NCBI RefSeq assembly: GCF_052144515.1
Contig: NZ_JBKQQD010000178.1
Coordinates: forward strand, 17,762 to 81,761
DNA: 64,000 nucleotides
Source of the DNA: Mycobacterium sp.
GTDB lineage: Bacteria > Actinomycetota > Actinomycetes > Mycobacteriales > Mycobacteriaceae
Direction: 5' to 3'
The notes under the pieces are model-generated. The model was not told where the DNA came from. It made no database searches and saw only the letters and a program-made list of their open reading frames with translations. The position numbers were made by a program, and so were the translations under genes. Shown here in pieces: positions 20,966-30,984 of this stretch; positions within the stretch are counted from its first letter, which is position 1; every line of letters begins with the position of its first letter.

Positions 20966-21847
20966 ATGAGCCAGAACCTCCTGGCAGGGCGGGGTGTGGT
21001 GGTGACCGGAAGCAGCCGCGGCGTCGGTCGCGCAGTCGCCGAGCTGCTCTGTCGCTTGGGTGCCGGCGTGGTGGTCAACGGACGCGACCCCGCTGCTGTA
21101 GACGAGGCCGTCGCGGGGATCACTGCGTCGGGAGGGCGAGCCACCGCGGTGGTCGGGGCCGCCGACGACGAGCGTATCGCCGCGGCGCTCATCGAAGAGT
21201 GCGTGAATACGTTCGGGCGGTTGGACGTCCTGATCAATTGCGCCGGGATCGCCGAACCTCCCCATGCCTCGATACTTGATATCTCGCCGGCAGAATTCGA
21301 TCACCTGATCAGTGCCCACCTCGGCACGGCTTTTCACACCTGCCGGGTCGCGGCGCCCGTCATGGCCTCGCAGGGATACGGGTCGATCATCAACACCAGC
21401 TCCATTGCGTTCCTCGGCGACTACGGCGGCACCGGCTACCCCGCGGGCAAGGGCGCGGTCAACGGGCTGACGATGGCGATCGCCGCGGAATTGAAGCCGT
21501 CCGGGGTGCGGGCCAACGTGGTGTGTCCAGGCGCGAAGACGCGGCTGTCCACCGGTGCCGACTACGAAGAGCAGATCGAGAGCCTTTACCGCCGCGGAAT
21601 CCTCGACGACATGACCAGGCAGGTCTCACTGGACGCTCCTCCCGCCCCTTTTGCGGCACCGATCTACGCGTATCTGGCCAGCGACCTGGCAAGTGACGTC
21701 ACGGGTCAAATATTCGTTGCTGCAGGCGGATTCGTCGGCCGCTTCGATCGGCCAACGCCGCGGGTGCTAGCGTACCGCGACCACCATGACGCTGAACCGT
21801 GGTCGGTCGAGGACCTGCACGCGATGATCAACGACTCTGCTTCCTGA
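20966..21847 (+). CDS. SDR family oxidoreductase
   Basis: TGSSRGVG, INCAG, YPAGK; RBS AGGAGG. Confidence 0.9.
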   Translation: MSQNLLAGRGVVVTGSSRGVGRAVAELLCRLGAGVVVNGRDPAAVDEAVAGITASGGRATAVVGAADDERIAAALIEECVNTFGRLDVLINCAGIAEPPHASILDISPAEFDHLISAHLGTAFHTCRVAAPVMASQGYGSIINTSSIAFLGDYGGTGYPAGKGAVNGLTMAIAAELKPSGVRANVVCPGAKTRLSTGADYEEQIESLYRRGILDDMTRQVSLDAPPAPFAAPIYAYLASDLASDVTGQIFVAAGGFVGRFDRPTPRVLAYRDHHDAEPWSVEDLHAMINDSAS

Positions 21848-21947
21848 TGAACTGATTTGCGGCCAATTACGTATTCACAAGAGTGAGAGGCCGGCGCGGG
21901 TCTGCGCAGTTGTTCGCCGTCGACGGCGTGTCGCCGTTTAGACACGC

Positions 21948-22585
21948 ACGCTCGCGGGACGGTTTGCGAGCGGGCTGCCCGCTTCGGGTTCTTGTAATCG
22001 GAGCCGGTGTGAGCGGCATTTCGGCTGCTCGCGGACTGCTGCGGGGCGGACACGACGTCAGCGTCTTCGACCAGCGGTCGGACGTGCAGGCGGGCGGTGG
22101 CGCGGTAACCATCTGGTCCAACGGCGAGACGGTTCTTGGCCAGCTCGGCGTCGACATGAACGGAGCGGGTCAACTGCTGTCGAGTGTGCGAGTGATGACC
22201 TCGACGGGTCGCCCAATGGCCACCCTGGACGTGGCCGCGATGGTGCAACGGCTGGGCGCACCTGTCCGGATGGTCCCACGGCGTGATCTGCTGGAAGACT
22301 GCTGGAAGGCTTCCCGGCTGATCGCATCCGCTGCAACTCCCGCGTGGTCGGCGTCGTCACCACACCCGATGCTGTGCGGGTCGAGTTCCAGGACAGCAGC
22401 ACGGCCGAAGGAGACGTGTTAATCGGCGCGGACGGCCTGCATTCGGTGGTCCGGGATATCGTCGGCGCGCCGGACGCGGAGCCGACCGGCTGGTGCAGCT
22501 GGCAGGGCCTGGTCACGCTTCCCGACCTTCCAGACCTGGCCAACGAGCACGTCGCGGCGATCATCATCGGCGAACGGGGTACTAC
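21948..22585 (+). pseudogene. FAD-dependent monooxygenase, frameshifted and 3'-truncated
   Basis: VIGAGVSG Rossmann motif, 1-nt shift near 22297, DVLIGADGLHSVVR; homology ends near 22580; start uncertain. Confidence 0.78.
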
Positions 22586-23217
22586 CGGCCCGCGGCCGGC
22601 TTCGTGGGCCACCTCGGCAAGCGGCGTCAAGATCGAAGGGCCAGTTCTCGAATCGAGGTTCCCGGTTGGTTCGTCGGCCAGGATCATCGGTGGGTCCATC
22701 ATCAATGCGCGGGCCACGGCGACCCGCTGCATTTGGCCGCCGGACAGCTCCGCCGGTCTGTGCTCGGTCCGGTCGCCGAGCCCGACCCGGTCCAGGAGCC
22801 GAATCGCATCGGCTTTGGCCTTGCCCAGCCGGACACCGTCGAGCAGCTTGGGGACCGCCACGTTCTCCCACGCCGACAGGGTCGGCACAGGTTGAAAAAC
22901 TGGAAGATGAATCCGACGCGGTGATGGCGGAACGCTGACTGCTGCTCGTCGCTGAGACGGCCGATCTCCTGGCCGTCGAACATGATCGATCCCGAATCGG
23001 GGGAGTCCAATGCGCCGAGCAGATGCAGCAACGTGCTCTTGCCCGCGCCCGACGGCCCGACGATCGCCGCGAACTGCCCGCCTTCCAGCCCCAGGTTGAT
23101 CTCGTCGAGCGCACGCACTGATTGACCGCCGACCCGGTATTCGCGCATCACGTTGCAAAGTTCGACGGTCAGCAGTTTGTGCCTGGGCCTATCGAGGGTG
23201 TCGATTCGTCCGAACAT
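22586..23217 (-). pseudogene. ABC transporter ATP-binding protein (LolD/MacB-like), frameshifted and 3'-truncated
   Basis: Walker A GPSGAGKS, GFIFQFFNL|PTLSAWENV (shift near 22888), LSGGQMQR, ILADEPTGNLD; H-loop and permease missing. Confidence 0.82.
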
Positions 23218-23433
23218 GATCCTCCCGCCAGAGGGCGCATAATCGCGCGCCCAGCGACACCGATATGCGATACACGAGGTAGACTCCGGATCGGTTCGAC
23301 ATCCACTGGTTCTGTGTAGGACGGGCTCGTGAAAGTGCTTCGCAGCGAAAACGACTCACGAGGGCTGCATGAACGGTCCACCCGCCGGTCTGAGGCCGGT
23401 TTGAGCCATTTGACAAAGGGGCATCATCGGGGA

Positions 23434-24114
23434 GTGAACGCAACAGTTCTTAGATTGGGCGGTGCAGCGGTGCTCACCGTGTGGGCACTGGCGACCGCGT
23501 CCGTTCCATTTGCATCTGCTGCCCCATCGGTGACCGCCGGGGGGTGCCCCAATGTCGAAGTCGTGTTCGCCCGTGGCACTGGTGAGTCACCTGGCGTGGG
23601 CTACTTCGGGCAGGCGTTCGTCGACGCGCTGCGTTCGAAAGTGGGCGGGAAGTCCTTGGGGGTTTATGGGGTCAACTACCCGGCGACCATGGATTTTCCC
23701 ACCGCTCTGGACGGTATCGATGACGCCGGCAATCACGTCGAGCAGATGGCAGGAAGTTGTCCCAACACCAAACTGGTGCTCGGTGGCTTTTCCCAGGGAG
23801 CGGCAGTCATGGGTTTCGTCACCTCGGCGGCCATACCCGATGGAGCACCCGCGGACGCACCCAAACCGATGCCGCCCGACGTCGCCAACCACGTCGCCGC
23901 GGTAGCCCTGTTCGGTACGCCGTCGAATGGTTTTATGAACCAGATCGGCGCGCCACCAATCGTGATCGGCCCGCTGTACGTACCTAAGACCACGGAGTTG
24001 TGCGCCGCGGGTGACCCGGTGTGCGCCGGCGGTGGGGACTTCGCCGCGCATAACTCGTATGCGGACAACGGGATGGTGGACCAGGCGGCCGCCTTCGCGG
24101 CGAGCCACCTGTAG
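23434..24114 (+). CDS. Cutinase-like protein, secreted
   Basis: Signal peptide, CPNVEVVFARGT, GFSQG, LFGTP, CAAGDPVC, AHNSY. Confidence 0.92.
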   Translation: MNATVLRLGGAAVLTVWALATASVPFASAAPSVTAGGCPNVEVVFARGTGESPGVGYFGQAFVDALRSKVGGKSLGVYGVNYPATMDFPTALDGIDDAGNHVEQMAGSCPNTKLVLGGFSQGAAVMGFVTSAAIPDGAPADAPKPMPPDVANHVAAVALFGTPSNGFMNQIGAPPIVIGPLYVPKTTELCAAGDPVCAGGGDFAAHNSYADNGMVDQAAAFAASHL

Positions 24115-24168
24115 ATAAGAGAGCCATTGTGGTTGTGCGACGGTGCATTTTGTCCGTGCGGTGAATCC

Positions 24169-24363
24169 TCACGGAGAGAACGTGATCGCCTGCTCCGGGC
24201 AGTTCTGCTCCCCGGTGACGGCCTGCTGTTCGAGTTCACCGGAGACTTCCGAGACGCGCACTATCGAGTGCCCGACCTCGTCGGCGTCGAAGATGTCGGG
24301 CGCCAGCGTGTAGCAGCGCCCGTGCCCGGTGCAGCGGTCGCCGTTGACGATGACGCGGGTCAT
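24169..24363 (-). CDS. Ferredoxin (3Fe-4S type)
   Basis: MTRVIVNGDRCTGHGRCYTLAP...NCPEQAI; ATGA-coupled to the P450. Confidence 0.9.
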   Translation of the reverse strand: MTRVIVNGDRCTGHGRCYTLAPDIFDADEVGHSIVRVSEVSGELEQQAVTGEQNCPEQAITFSP

Positions 24364-25544
24364 TGCTTCGAAACAGGGAACGTCAGTGGCAGCGATTCCA
24401 CCGACCGCAGCGCGGCGGTGTAAGTCAGCTGCGTGCCGGGCGGGATCTCGTAATCCGGGATGCGCCGGTGGAATTCGCGCAACGCCACTCGCAGCTCCAT
24501 GCGGGCGAGGTGGGATCCGAGGCAGCGGTGCGGTCCGCCGCCGAACGCGCGGTGGCGGTTCGGGTTGCGGCTGAAGTCCACGACGTCGGGATCCGGGAAT
24601 TCGGCCGGGTCCGTGTTGGCAGCGCCGAGCAACGGACTGACGCGTTCGCCCTTGCTTATGGGGCATCCGCCCACCTCGACGTCCTGCATGGCGACCCTGG
24701 CGACGCCGGGCACCGGAGTCTCCCACCGCAACAGCTCCTCAATCGCATGCGGCAGGATGTCGGGCTGTTCGACGAGCCGGTGCCGATGGTCGGGGTGACG
24801 GGCCAAATACACAAAGAAGCAATCGAGCGAGTCGGTGACCGTGTCCAGCCCCGCGATGAGGAACAGGAAGCAGATGTCGAGCAGCTCCTCGCGGGATAGT
24901 GGCCGGCCCTCGCTTTCCACATGCGCCGCGATCATTGCGGACAGCACGTCGTCGCGCGGGCTGGCGATGTGGTCGTCGATGGCACGGTCGAAGTATTCGT
25001 AGATCTGCTGTGCGACGGGGGCCGAGCTCTCGTGCCGGCGGGCGGAGCCGGTGTCGCCCTCAGGGCGGATGACGCCGTCCTTCCACTCCAAAAATTTGTC
25101 GAGGTCATCCAGCGGCAGGCCGAGCAGCTGCAGGAAGACGGTGCACGGAAGGGGTACCGCGAACTCTTCGTGGAAGTCGCATTCGCCCCGATCGACGAAG
25201 CGGTCGATCATCTCATTCACCAGCTCGGCGACCTGTGGTTCACGTCGGGCCATCTCGCGCGGGGTGAACAGCGGATCGAGGATTCGACGGTACTTCGCGT
25301 GCTCGGGCGGGTCGACCTGCAGCGGGATCAACGGTCGCACGTTGCCCAGGTCGACCGCATCCATACTCGACGAGAACAGTTCGGTGCGCTTGAGCGCCAT
25401 CTCGATGTCAGCAAGACGGCTGAGAACAACCACCTCCTGTGGCGAGCGAAACACCGGCGCCGACTCGCGCAGTGCCTTGTACATCGGCTGCGGCTCGGCG
25501 AGCCCCATCACCGCCTGGTCTACGTACCCGTCGGTTTCTGTCAT
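24360..25544 (-). CDS. Cytochrome P450
   Basis: DPPEH, AGLDTV, EELLR, FGGGPHRCLG. Confidence 0.95.
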   Translation of the reverse strand: MTETDGYVDQAVMGLAEPQPMYKALRESAPVFRSPQEVVVLSRLADIEMALKRTELFSSSMDAVDLGNVRPLIPLQVDPPEHAKYRRILDPLFTPREMARREPQVAELVNEMIDRFVDRGECDFHEEFAVPLPCTVFLQLLGLPLDDLDKFLEWKDGVIRPEGDTGSARRHESSAPVAQQIYEYFDRAIDDHIASPRDDVLSAMIAAHVESEGRPLSREELLDICFLFLIAGLDTVTDSLDCFFVYLARHPDHRHRLVEQPDILPHAIEELLRWETPVPGVARVAMQDVEVGGCPISKGERVSPLLGAANTDPAEFPDPDVVDFSRNPNRHRAFGGGPHRCLGSHLARMELRVALREFHRRIPDYEIPPGTQLTYTAALRSVESLPLTFPVSKQ

Positions 25545-25731
25545 GCAGCTAGCGTGACATCGGCCACAGTGGCGGGCAATACCTCGGCGAAGAAAAAATA
25601 GACGATCTAGCAATCGCGGTCTCCGCTGGCTCGCCCGAGCGCTGGTGATGTCGCACGTTGTGCGTGTGCGACGGGGTGTCGCGGCCTGCCCTGGCCTACG
25701 CTGTCGGGGACCGCAGGAGGAAGCTTTGACC

Positions 25732-26517
25732 ATGCAACCGAACCCCCTCGATCCAGTCGCCAGCGAACGGCTGTCACACGCCGGCAAGGTGTTCACGTCC
25801 GACCTGTCGATCAACGAATTCGCGTTGCTGCATGCGGCCGGATTCGAACCCATCGAACTCGTCATGGGCGTTTCGGTTTTTCACGTCGGCTACCAGTTCA
25901 CCGGCATCAGACAACAATCGGAGCTGCCGGTGCTCACCGACGCGACGTACCGTGCGCGCTGGAATGCGATGTCGCGGATGCAGGCCGAGGCCGATTCGCT
26001 GGGTGCGGACGGAGTAGTCGGCGTCCGGCTGGAATGGCGCCATCAGGGCGAGGGCGAACACCTCGAGTTCGTCGCGGTGGGCACCGCGGTGCGATACACC
26101 GCCAAACCAGGCGCATTTCGGCGTCCGAACGGACAGGCATTCAGTAGCCACCTGTCCGGTCAGGATCTGTCGACGCTGCTGCGGTCCGGGTATGCGCCGG
26201 TCGCCTTCGTGATGGGTAACTGTGTGTTCCACATTGCCGTACAAGGGTTTTTGAAGACGCTCAGTCAGGTGGGGCGCAACGCGGAGATGCCGCAGTGGAC
26301 GCAGGGCAGTTACCAAGCCCGGGAGCTGGCGATGTCACGTATGCAGAGCGAGGCCGAGCGAGACGGCGGAACCGGGGTTGTGGGTGTGCATTTCGCCATC
26401 TCGAACTATGCGTGGGGACCGCACACGGTCGAGTTCTACGTCGCGGGAACGGCGGTGCGGCGCAACGGCGAGCCGCAAACCATCGCGCCGTCGTTCGTGC
26501 TTCCGATGAGTGATTGA
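25732..26517 (+). CDS. YbjQ/UPF0145 heavy-metal-binding double-domain protein (Rv1762c-like)
   Basis: Two repeats of AMSRMQ.EA...G..GVVGV......F.A.GTAV. Confidence 0.8.
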   Translation: MQPNPLDPVASERLSHAGKVFTSDLSINEFALLHAAGFEPIELVMGVSVFHVGYQFTGIRQQSELPVLTDATYRARWNAMSRMQAEADSLGADGVVGVRLEWRHQGEGEHLEFVAVGTAVRYTAKPGAFRRPNGQAFSSHLSGQDLSTLLRSGYAPVAFVMGNCVFHIAVQGFLKTLSQVGRNAEMPQWTQGSYQARELAMSRMQSEAERDGGTGVVGVHFAISNYAWGPHTVEFYVAGTAVRRNGEPQTIAPSFVLPMSD

Positions 26518-26897
26518 TGACCGGTTACGACCACGAACGCGTCAGCCGCGCCGTCGGGACGGCCCTGGCCGGGCCCGGCGGAGTTGGACTGGTGGTCAAG
26601 GTGTTTTGTGGACTGCCGGGAGTCGTTCTCACTCCGGCGCGGCGAGGCTTGTTCCGATCGCAACCAGAGCGGATCCAAATCGGCGACTGGCGGTACGAGG
26701 TGACCCAGGACGGCCGATTGAGCGCCGCGCACGTGGTGAACGGGATCGTTCTGGCCGACGAAATTCTCGCTGCCGGTGCCATCGGTCCACATGTCGCGCG
26801 TGCGCTCGGCCAGGTGGTGAGCAGTTACGGTTCGACCGTCATGCCCAACATCGATGCGGCCCTTGAGGTCCTAGAGGACGCCGGCCCCGGCTTCTGA
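26514..26897 (+). CDS. DUF5073 family protein (Rv1761c-like)
   Basis: Overlaps the upstream stop; IGDWRYE, AAHVVNGIVL resemble Rv1761c from memory. Confidence 0.7.
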   Translation: MMTGYDHERVSRAVGTALAGPGGVGLVVKVFCGLPGVVLTPARRGLFRSQPERIQIGDWRYEVTQDGRLSAAHVVNGIVLADEILAAGAIGPHVARALGQVVSSYGSTVMPNIDAALEVLEDAGPGF

Positions 26898-26899
26898 AT

Positions 26900-27370
26900 T
26901 TACAGTTGGGCCTGGTCGATCGCTAAGATCCAGCGGCTGAATCTCCACACGCCGTCGTGCTTGACCGCAGTGAACTCGTAGCAGCCCGTCAGATCGGGTG
27001 TGGGTGGGCCACCGTCGCGGATTGCGAATACCTGGACATAACAGCGGCCGGTCGCTTCCTCGGCGCTTTGGCTGTCAAACCAGAAGGAGTTCAGGGCGTG
27101 GCGTCTTTGGTTGTTTTGCGCCTTGAACTCGTCTTTCCTTACCGCGAGCAATTCCATCACCGTATCGACGCCCTGCGACACCGTGGTGCCGTCGTATAGC
27201 CGCAGGCCAAGCTCCGGTGACTCACTGAACAAGGCACGAAAGTCGTCCAGCTGGTTCTGGTCTTAGGTGTATGCGTACGCGCCGAACAAGTTGATGATCG
27301 CCAATCGGTCGGCGACGTCGAAGGCCACGCCGCCGACGTCCGCGACCGGCGCGGGTTGCCCATCCACCAC
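26900..27370 (-). pseudogene. SnoaL/NTF2-like protein with a nonsense mutation
   Basis: FDVADRLAIINLFGAYAYT*DQNQLDDFRALF: TAA at 27263-27265 (probably TAC); C-terminus KHDGVWRFSR. Confidence 0.78.
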
Positions 27371-27487
27371 TGCTTGCCCTCCTCAGTCTCCACCCCGCTG
27401 ACGGTGAAAATGTCCTCGAATACTCTCATCCCGCGGCGAGTTCGAGTGCACTGTTGCGCCGCCGCGTATTGCCGATGCTGTCTGTCG

Positions 27488-27940
27488 TCACGTGTGCTGC
27501 CTGCGCACGAACGAAGTGGCGGCACGCAACACCCCGCGCAGTGCGTATACGGCGGCCACCACCGACAGCACGATCAGCAGGATGAACATAGCCAGCCAAT
27601 TGGATCTCTGGTGGTCGACTTCCCACCAGACGATGGTGAACAACAGCGCGCAGAGGAAGAGCACAATGTCGCGCCAATTGCCCTGATATGACAGTGCGGC
27701 CCTGCGTAGCGCGCGGGTCCGGTCGGCGGCGTCGACCAGATCGTCGATGCGTGCATCGATGGTGCGCTGCAGGTCGGCACGTCTGGCCGCGGCGTCCGGC
27801 GGAAGCCGATCCAAGAGGTCCATGTCATCTTTGATCAGCCCTCGATAGTTCGGGCCTTTGAATTGCCCGGCCGCGATGGCCAGCATCGCGCCACCAAAAA
27901 CGGGTGCACTGTTCAGTGCGATCTGTCCCAGACCAGCCAC
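27488..27940 (-). CDS. Hypothetical membrane protein
   Basis: 150-aa ORF with RBS GGAGG and three hydrophobic segments. Confidence 0.7.
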   Translation of the reverse strand: MAGLGQIALNSAPVFGGAMLAIAAGQFKGPNYRGLIKDDMDLLDRLPPDAAARRADLQRTIDARIDDLVDAADRTRALRRAALSYQGNWRDIVLFLCALLFTIVWWEVDHQRSNWLAMFILLIVLSVVAAVYALRGVLRAATSFVRRQHT

Positions 27941-28008
27941 GTCTATTCCTCCTTCGGCTCAGGCCGTCAACGTCGGCTCGTTGAGGATCGCTGAAGCTGG
28001 TGAGCGAA

Positions 28009-28436
28009 TCAACTGCTCAGCGTCTGGGTCTCGCCCGCGAATCCTGCGTTCTCCGTGGCAGCTCGAATATCGCCCGCGTAAGGCACGGTCGAATTCGATT
28101 GGCGGGGCAAGGGATTGGGCCCGCCGGCCGCATCGTGGCCCGGCACGACGGCAGAGGGGCGGCGCTGCGGGGTGGGACAGGTGATACGCGGAATGCATCC
28201 GCAGTTGAGGCCGATATAGCAACCTCCGCCGCCGGCGGGAACCGCGGGGAACGCGCCGCCGGGACTACCGGGAGCTGGCGGGGGTGCGGGAGTGACCGGC
28301 ACGCTAGACGACGAGGCCGAAGAGGCCGAAGTCGGATGCTCGCCTGGGCCGTATCCGCCCGCGAATGGCAAGCGTGGCCACAGCACCGCACAGGGCGATC
28401 ACCGTGCTGCCTTTGTGGTGGGTCGCAGTTGCTCAC
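28009..28436 (-). pseudogene. Small Pro-rich, Cys-motif secreted protein, apparently frameshifted
   Basis: Signal-like STVIALCGAVATLA in one frame; Pro/Ser-rich linker plus CYIGLNCGCIPRITC in another. Confidence 0.4.
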
Positions 28437-28508
28437 TGTACCCGCCGACCTGCGTCTTAGCCGGGCGGCGGCGGCACGATGCGCCGAATACGCAGCTGTT
28501 TCCCAGGA

Positions 28509-29177
28509 TCAGGATGCTGCTGATGAGCTGCGCCGGGCTCGCGGCTCGGGGCTGTGCAGTGCGCCCATCGCACGGGCCAGCTGGGGATAGGCGATCGCAG
28601 GCCCGATCCATCGGGTCAGATAGCGCCGCAGATCGGCGCCGCTGCGAGGCGGTCGACCCGGGTCGGCAAGGAAGGAATGCACAACCCGGAGACAGAACTC
28701 CGCCAGTTCGTCGAGACCCGCCTCGTCGAAACCGTACTGCTCCCAATCCACGTCGTAGCGATGCAGCATCGAGCGCCCGAACGTTACGGCGGTGTCCGAC
28801 ATGATGGAGACTGTCCGGCCGGTGCGGTCGCGTTGACTGAGTACGAGGTCGGCTTGGTTGTCGGACGCCAGTTGTTCGACGGCGAAAGCCACTCCTTCTG
28901 TAATTGCGACGACCGGGTCGGTCATCCCCTTGACGTGGGTTGCCAATTGGCTTAAAAAGCCGTCGGCCGACCGCATTGCGGTTGCCACCCGCAACGCTTC
29001 GGTGCCGGGAAAGTAACGGTAGACGGTCTGGCGCGTCACACCGAGCGTCCGCGCCACATCGGCGATCCGCATCGCTGACCCGCGCTCGTCGATTATCTTG
29101 TCCGCGGCATCCAGAATGCGCTCGATCGCCTCCTCGTCGGAGGCCGGTGTATTGCCTGCCCAGCCGTGACTGCGCAT
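28509..29177 (-). CDS. TetR family regulator
   Basis: ILDAADKII...IADVARTLGVTRQTVYRYF; TATGAT -10 six nt before the ATG. Confidence 0.9.
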   Translation of the reverse strand: MRSHGWAGNTPASDEEAIERILDAADKIIDERGSAMRIADVARTLGVTRQTVYRYFPGTEALRVATAMRSADGFLSQLATHVKGMTDPVVAITEGVAFAVEQLASDNQADLVLSQRDRTGRTVSIMSDTAVTFGRSMLHRYDVDWEQYGFDEAGLDELAEFCLRVVHSFLADPGRPPRSGADLRRYLTRWIGPAIAYPQLARAMGALHSPEPRARRSSSAAS

Positions 29178-29242
29178 GGCTGCATCATAACGGTCGTGCA
29201 GTGCAAATCATAAAACATCACCGCGAAGTTGAACGGGTGGCG

Positions 29243-30919
29243 TCAGCTTCCGGAGTCTGCTGTGCTGGAAAGGCTTTCGACGGCAATCTCTTTGGCCCAG
29301 CGATAATCAGCTTTGCCGGCCGGGGACCGCTGAACTTTGGCGGTGCGAATTATGGCCTTCGGCAGTTTGTAGCGCGCGACGTGTTGCTGGCAGGTGTCCA
29401 GCAGATCCTGGTCCGAGGGATCACGGCCTTCCCGAAGCTGCACGATCGCCACTACCTCGTTGCCCCAGCGTTCGGATGGGCGCCCGGCAACCACCACGTC
29501 GTAGACGTCGGGGTGCTCGGCCATCGCGGCCTCCACTTCCTCGGCGAAGATCTTCTCGCCACCGGAGTTGATGGTGACGGAATCACGGCCGAGCAGCTCG
29601 ATGCGGCCATCGGCGAGGAATCGGGCCCGGTCACCGGGCACCGACCAGCGCACGCCGTCAATAACGGGGAACGTGCGGGCCGTCTTCTCGGCGTCGCCGA
29701 GGTAGCCGAGCGGAATCAGAGTGCGGCGTGCCAGCCATCCTTCGTCGCCTCCGGGGCCCATGACCCGGCTGAAATCGGCTGCGACAAAGGCGGTTTCGGA
29801 GCCCGGATTAAAGGTAGCCGTGGCGCTCGGTCCGGACTCCGTGGACATCATGTTCATCTGCATACCCGACTCCGAGGCGCCCACGGCGTCGATGATCAGC
29901 AGGTTGGGCAGCGCGGCGGCTATGCGGTTTCGGACGGCGGGGGTGAGTGGGGCGCCACCATTGCTGATCGACACGAGCCCCGACAGGTCATAGCTCCCCC
30001 GCTCGATCTCGTCGACGAGCGGGCGGGCGATCGCATCGCCGACGACCGGGATGCTCATGACGCGTTCGCGTTCCGCCAGCGCCAGAATCTGGTCGGCCCG
30101 GATGCTTTCAACGTCGTCGGGAATCGCCACCCAACCGCCCATCGTCATAATCTGAAACGAAGCCCACTGGGCCGCTCCGTGCATGAACGGCGGGATCAGC
30201 AGCAACGAGGCGAAACCGACGGCTTTTGCCGCACGTTCGGCAAGCTCGTCGTAGGACGCCAACGCGTCGTCGGTCCCGAAAGATCTTCCGCCCATTGAGG
30301 AAACGAATATGTCGTTCTGACGCCACAGCACACCCTTGGGCATTCCCGTGGTGCCGCCGGTGTAAAGAATGTACAGGTCGTCTCCACTGGGAGTGGGCAT
30401 TCCGCTCGCGGGCGGCGGTGTGGCGACGATCGATTCGTAATCGACGGCGCCGGGCAGCAGAGGCTGGCCGGTGTGGTCGGCAACCTGGATCAGGAATTCC
30501 AGGTGGGGGAGTTGGTCGCGGATCGCCGCGACCCGTGGTGCGAATTCGGCGCTGTAGACCAGCGCCCGAGCCTTTGCATTGTCCAGCAGATAGACGAGTT
30601 CGGCTTCGACATAGCGGTAGTTGACGTTGAAGGGCGCGACGCGGGCACGATAGGCGCCGATCATAGATTCCAGGTACTCGTTGCCGTTACGCAAGTACAA
30701 CCCGACGTGGTCCTGGCCGGATTCGTGACCCTGCAGGCGATCACGTTCGGTGTGACATCCCAAGCCCACAGACGCGAGGTAGTGCGCGACCCCGTCGACG
30801 CGGGCGTCCATCTGCGCGTACGTCCATTCCCGGCCCCGCCAGATCAGTACGCGATGATCGGGAAGTGTTTTCGCCAGCGTCGCGAATACAGTCGACAGGT
30901 TGAAGCCGCTGTCATCCAT
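29243..30919 (-). CDS. Acyl-CoA synthetase (FadD19-like subfamily)
   Basis: YTGGTTGMPKGV, NVNYRY, PPFMHGAA, LLGRDSVTINSGGEK, SPAGK. Confidence 0.9.
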   Translation of the reverse strand: MDDSGFNLSTVFATLAKTLPDHRVLIWRGREWTYAQMDARVDGVAHYLASVGLGCHTERDRLQGHESGQDHVGLYLRNGNEYLESMIGAYRARVAPFNVNYRYVEAELVYLLDNAKARALVYSAEFAPRVAAIRDQLPHLEFLIQVADHTGQPLLPGAVDYESIVATPPPASGMPTPSGDDLYILYTGGTTGMPKGVLWRQNDIFVSSMGGRSFGTDDALASYDELAERAAKAVGFASLLLIPPFMHGAAQWASFQIMTMGGWVAIPDDVESIRADQILALAERERVMSIPVVGDAIARPLVDEIERGSYDLSGLVSISNGGAPLTPAVRNRIAAALPNLLIIDAVGASESGMQMNMMSTESGPSATATFNPGSETAFVAADFSRVMGPGGDEGWLARRTLIPLGYLGDAEKTARTFPVIDGVRWSVPGDRARFLADGRIELLGRDSVTINSGGEKIFAEEVEAAMAEHPDVYDVVVAGRPSERWGNEVVAIVQLREGRDPSDQDLLDTCQQHVARYKLPKAIIRTAKVQRSPAGKADYRWAKEIAVESLSSTADSGS

Positions 30920-30984
30920 GAAACTCCTCGAAGTTCGTTGATTCTGTGTCGGGTGGTACCGGGCTCGCTTGGGCCTCAGTCATT

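Noticed and set aside
22058-23158. 366-aa minus-strand ORF as one protein
   Set aside because: It is a chimera of an ABC ATPase fragment and the antisense of the monooxygenase pseudogene
28940-30298. Long antisense or alternate-frame ORFs (also 5574-6746, 40475-41887, 42096-43169, 58338-59582)
   Set aside because: Shadow ORFs of real genes, expected in high-GC DNA; no recognisable motifs
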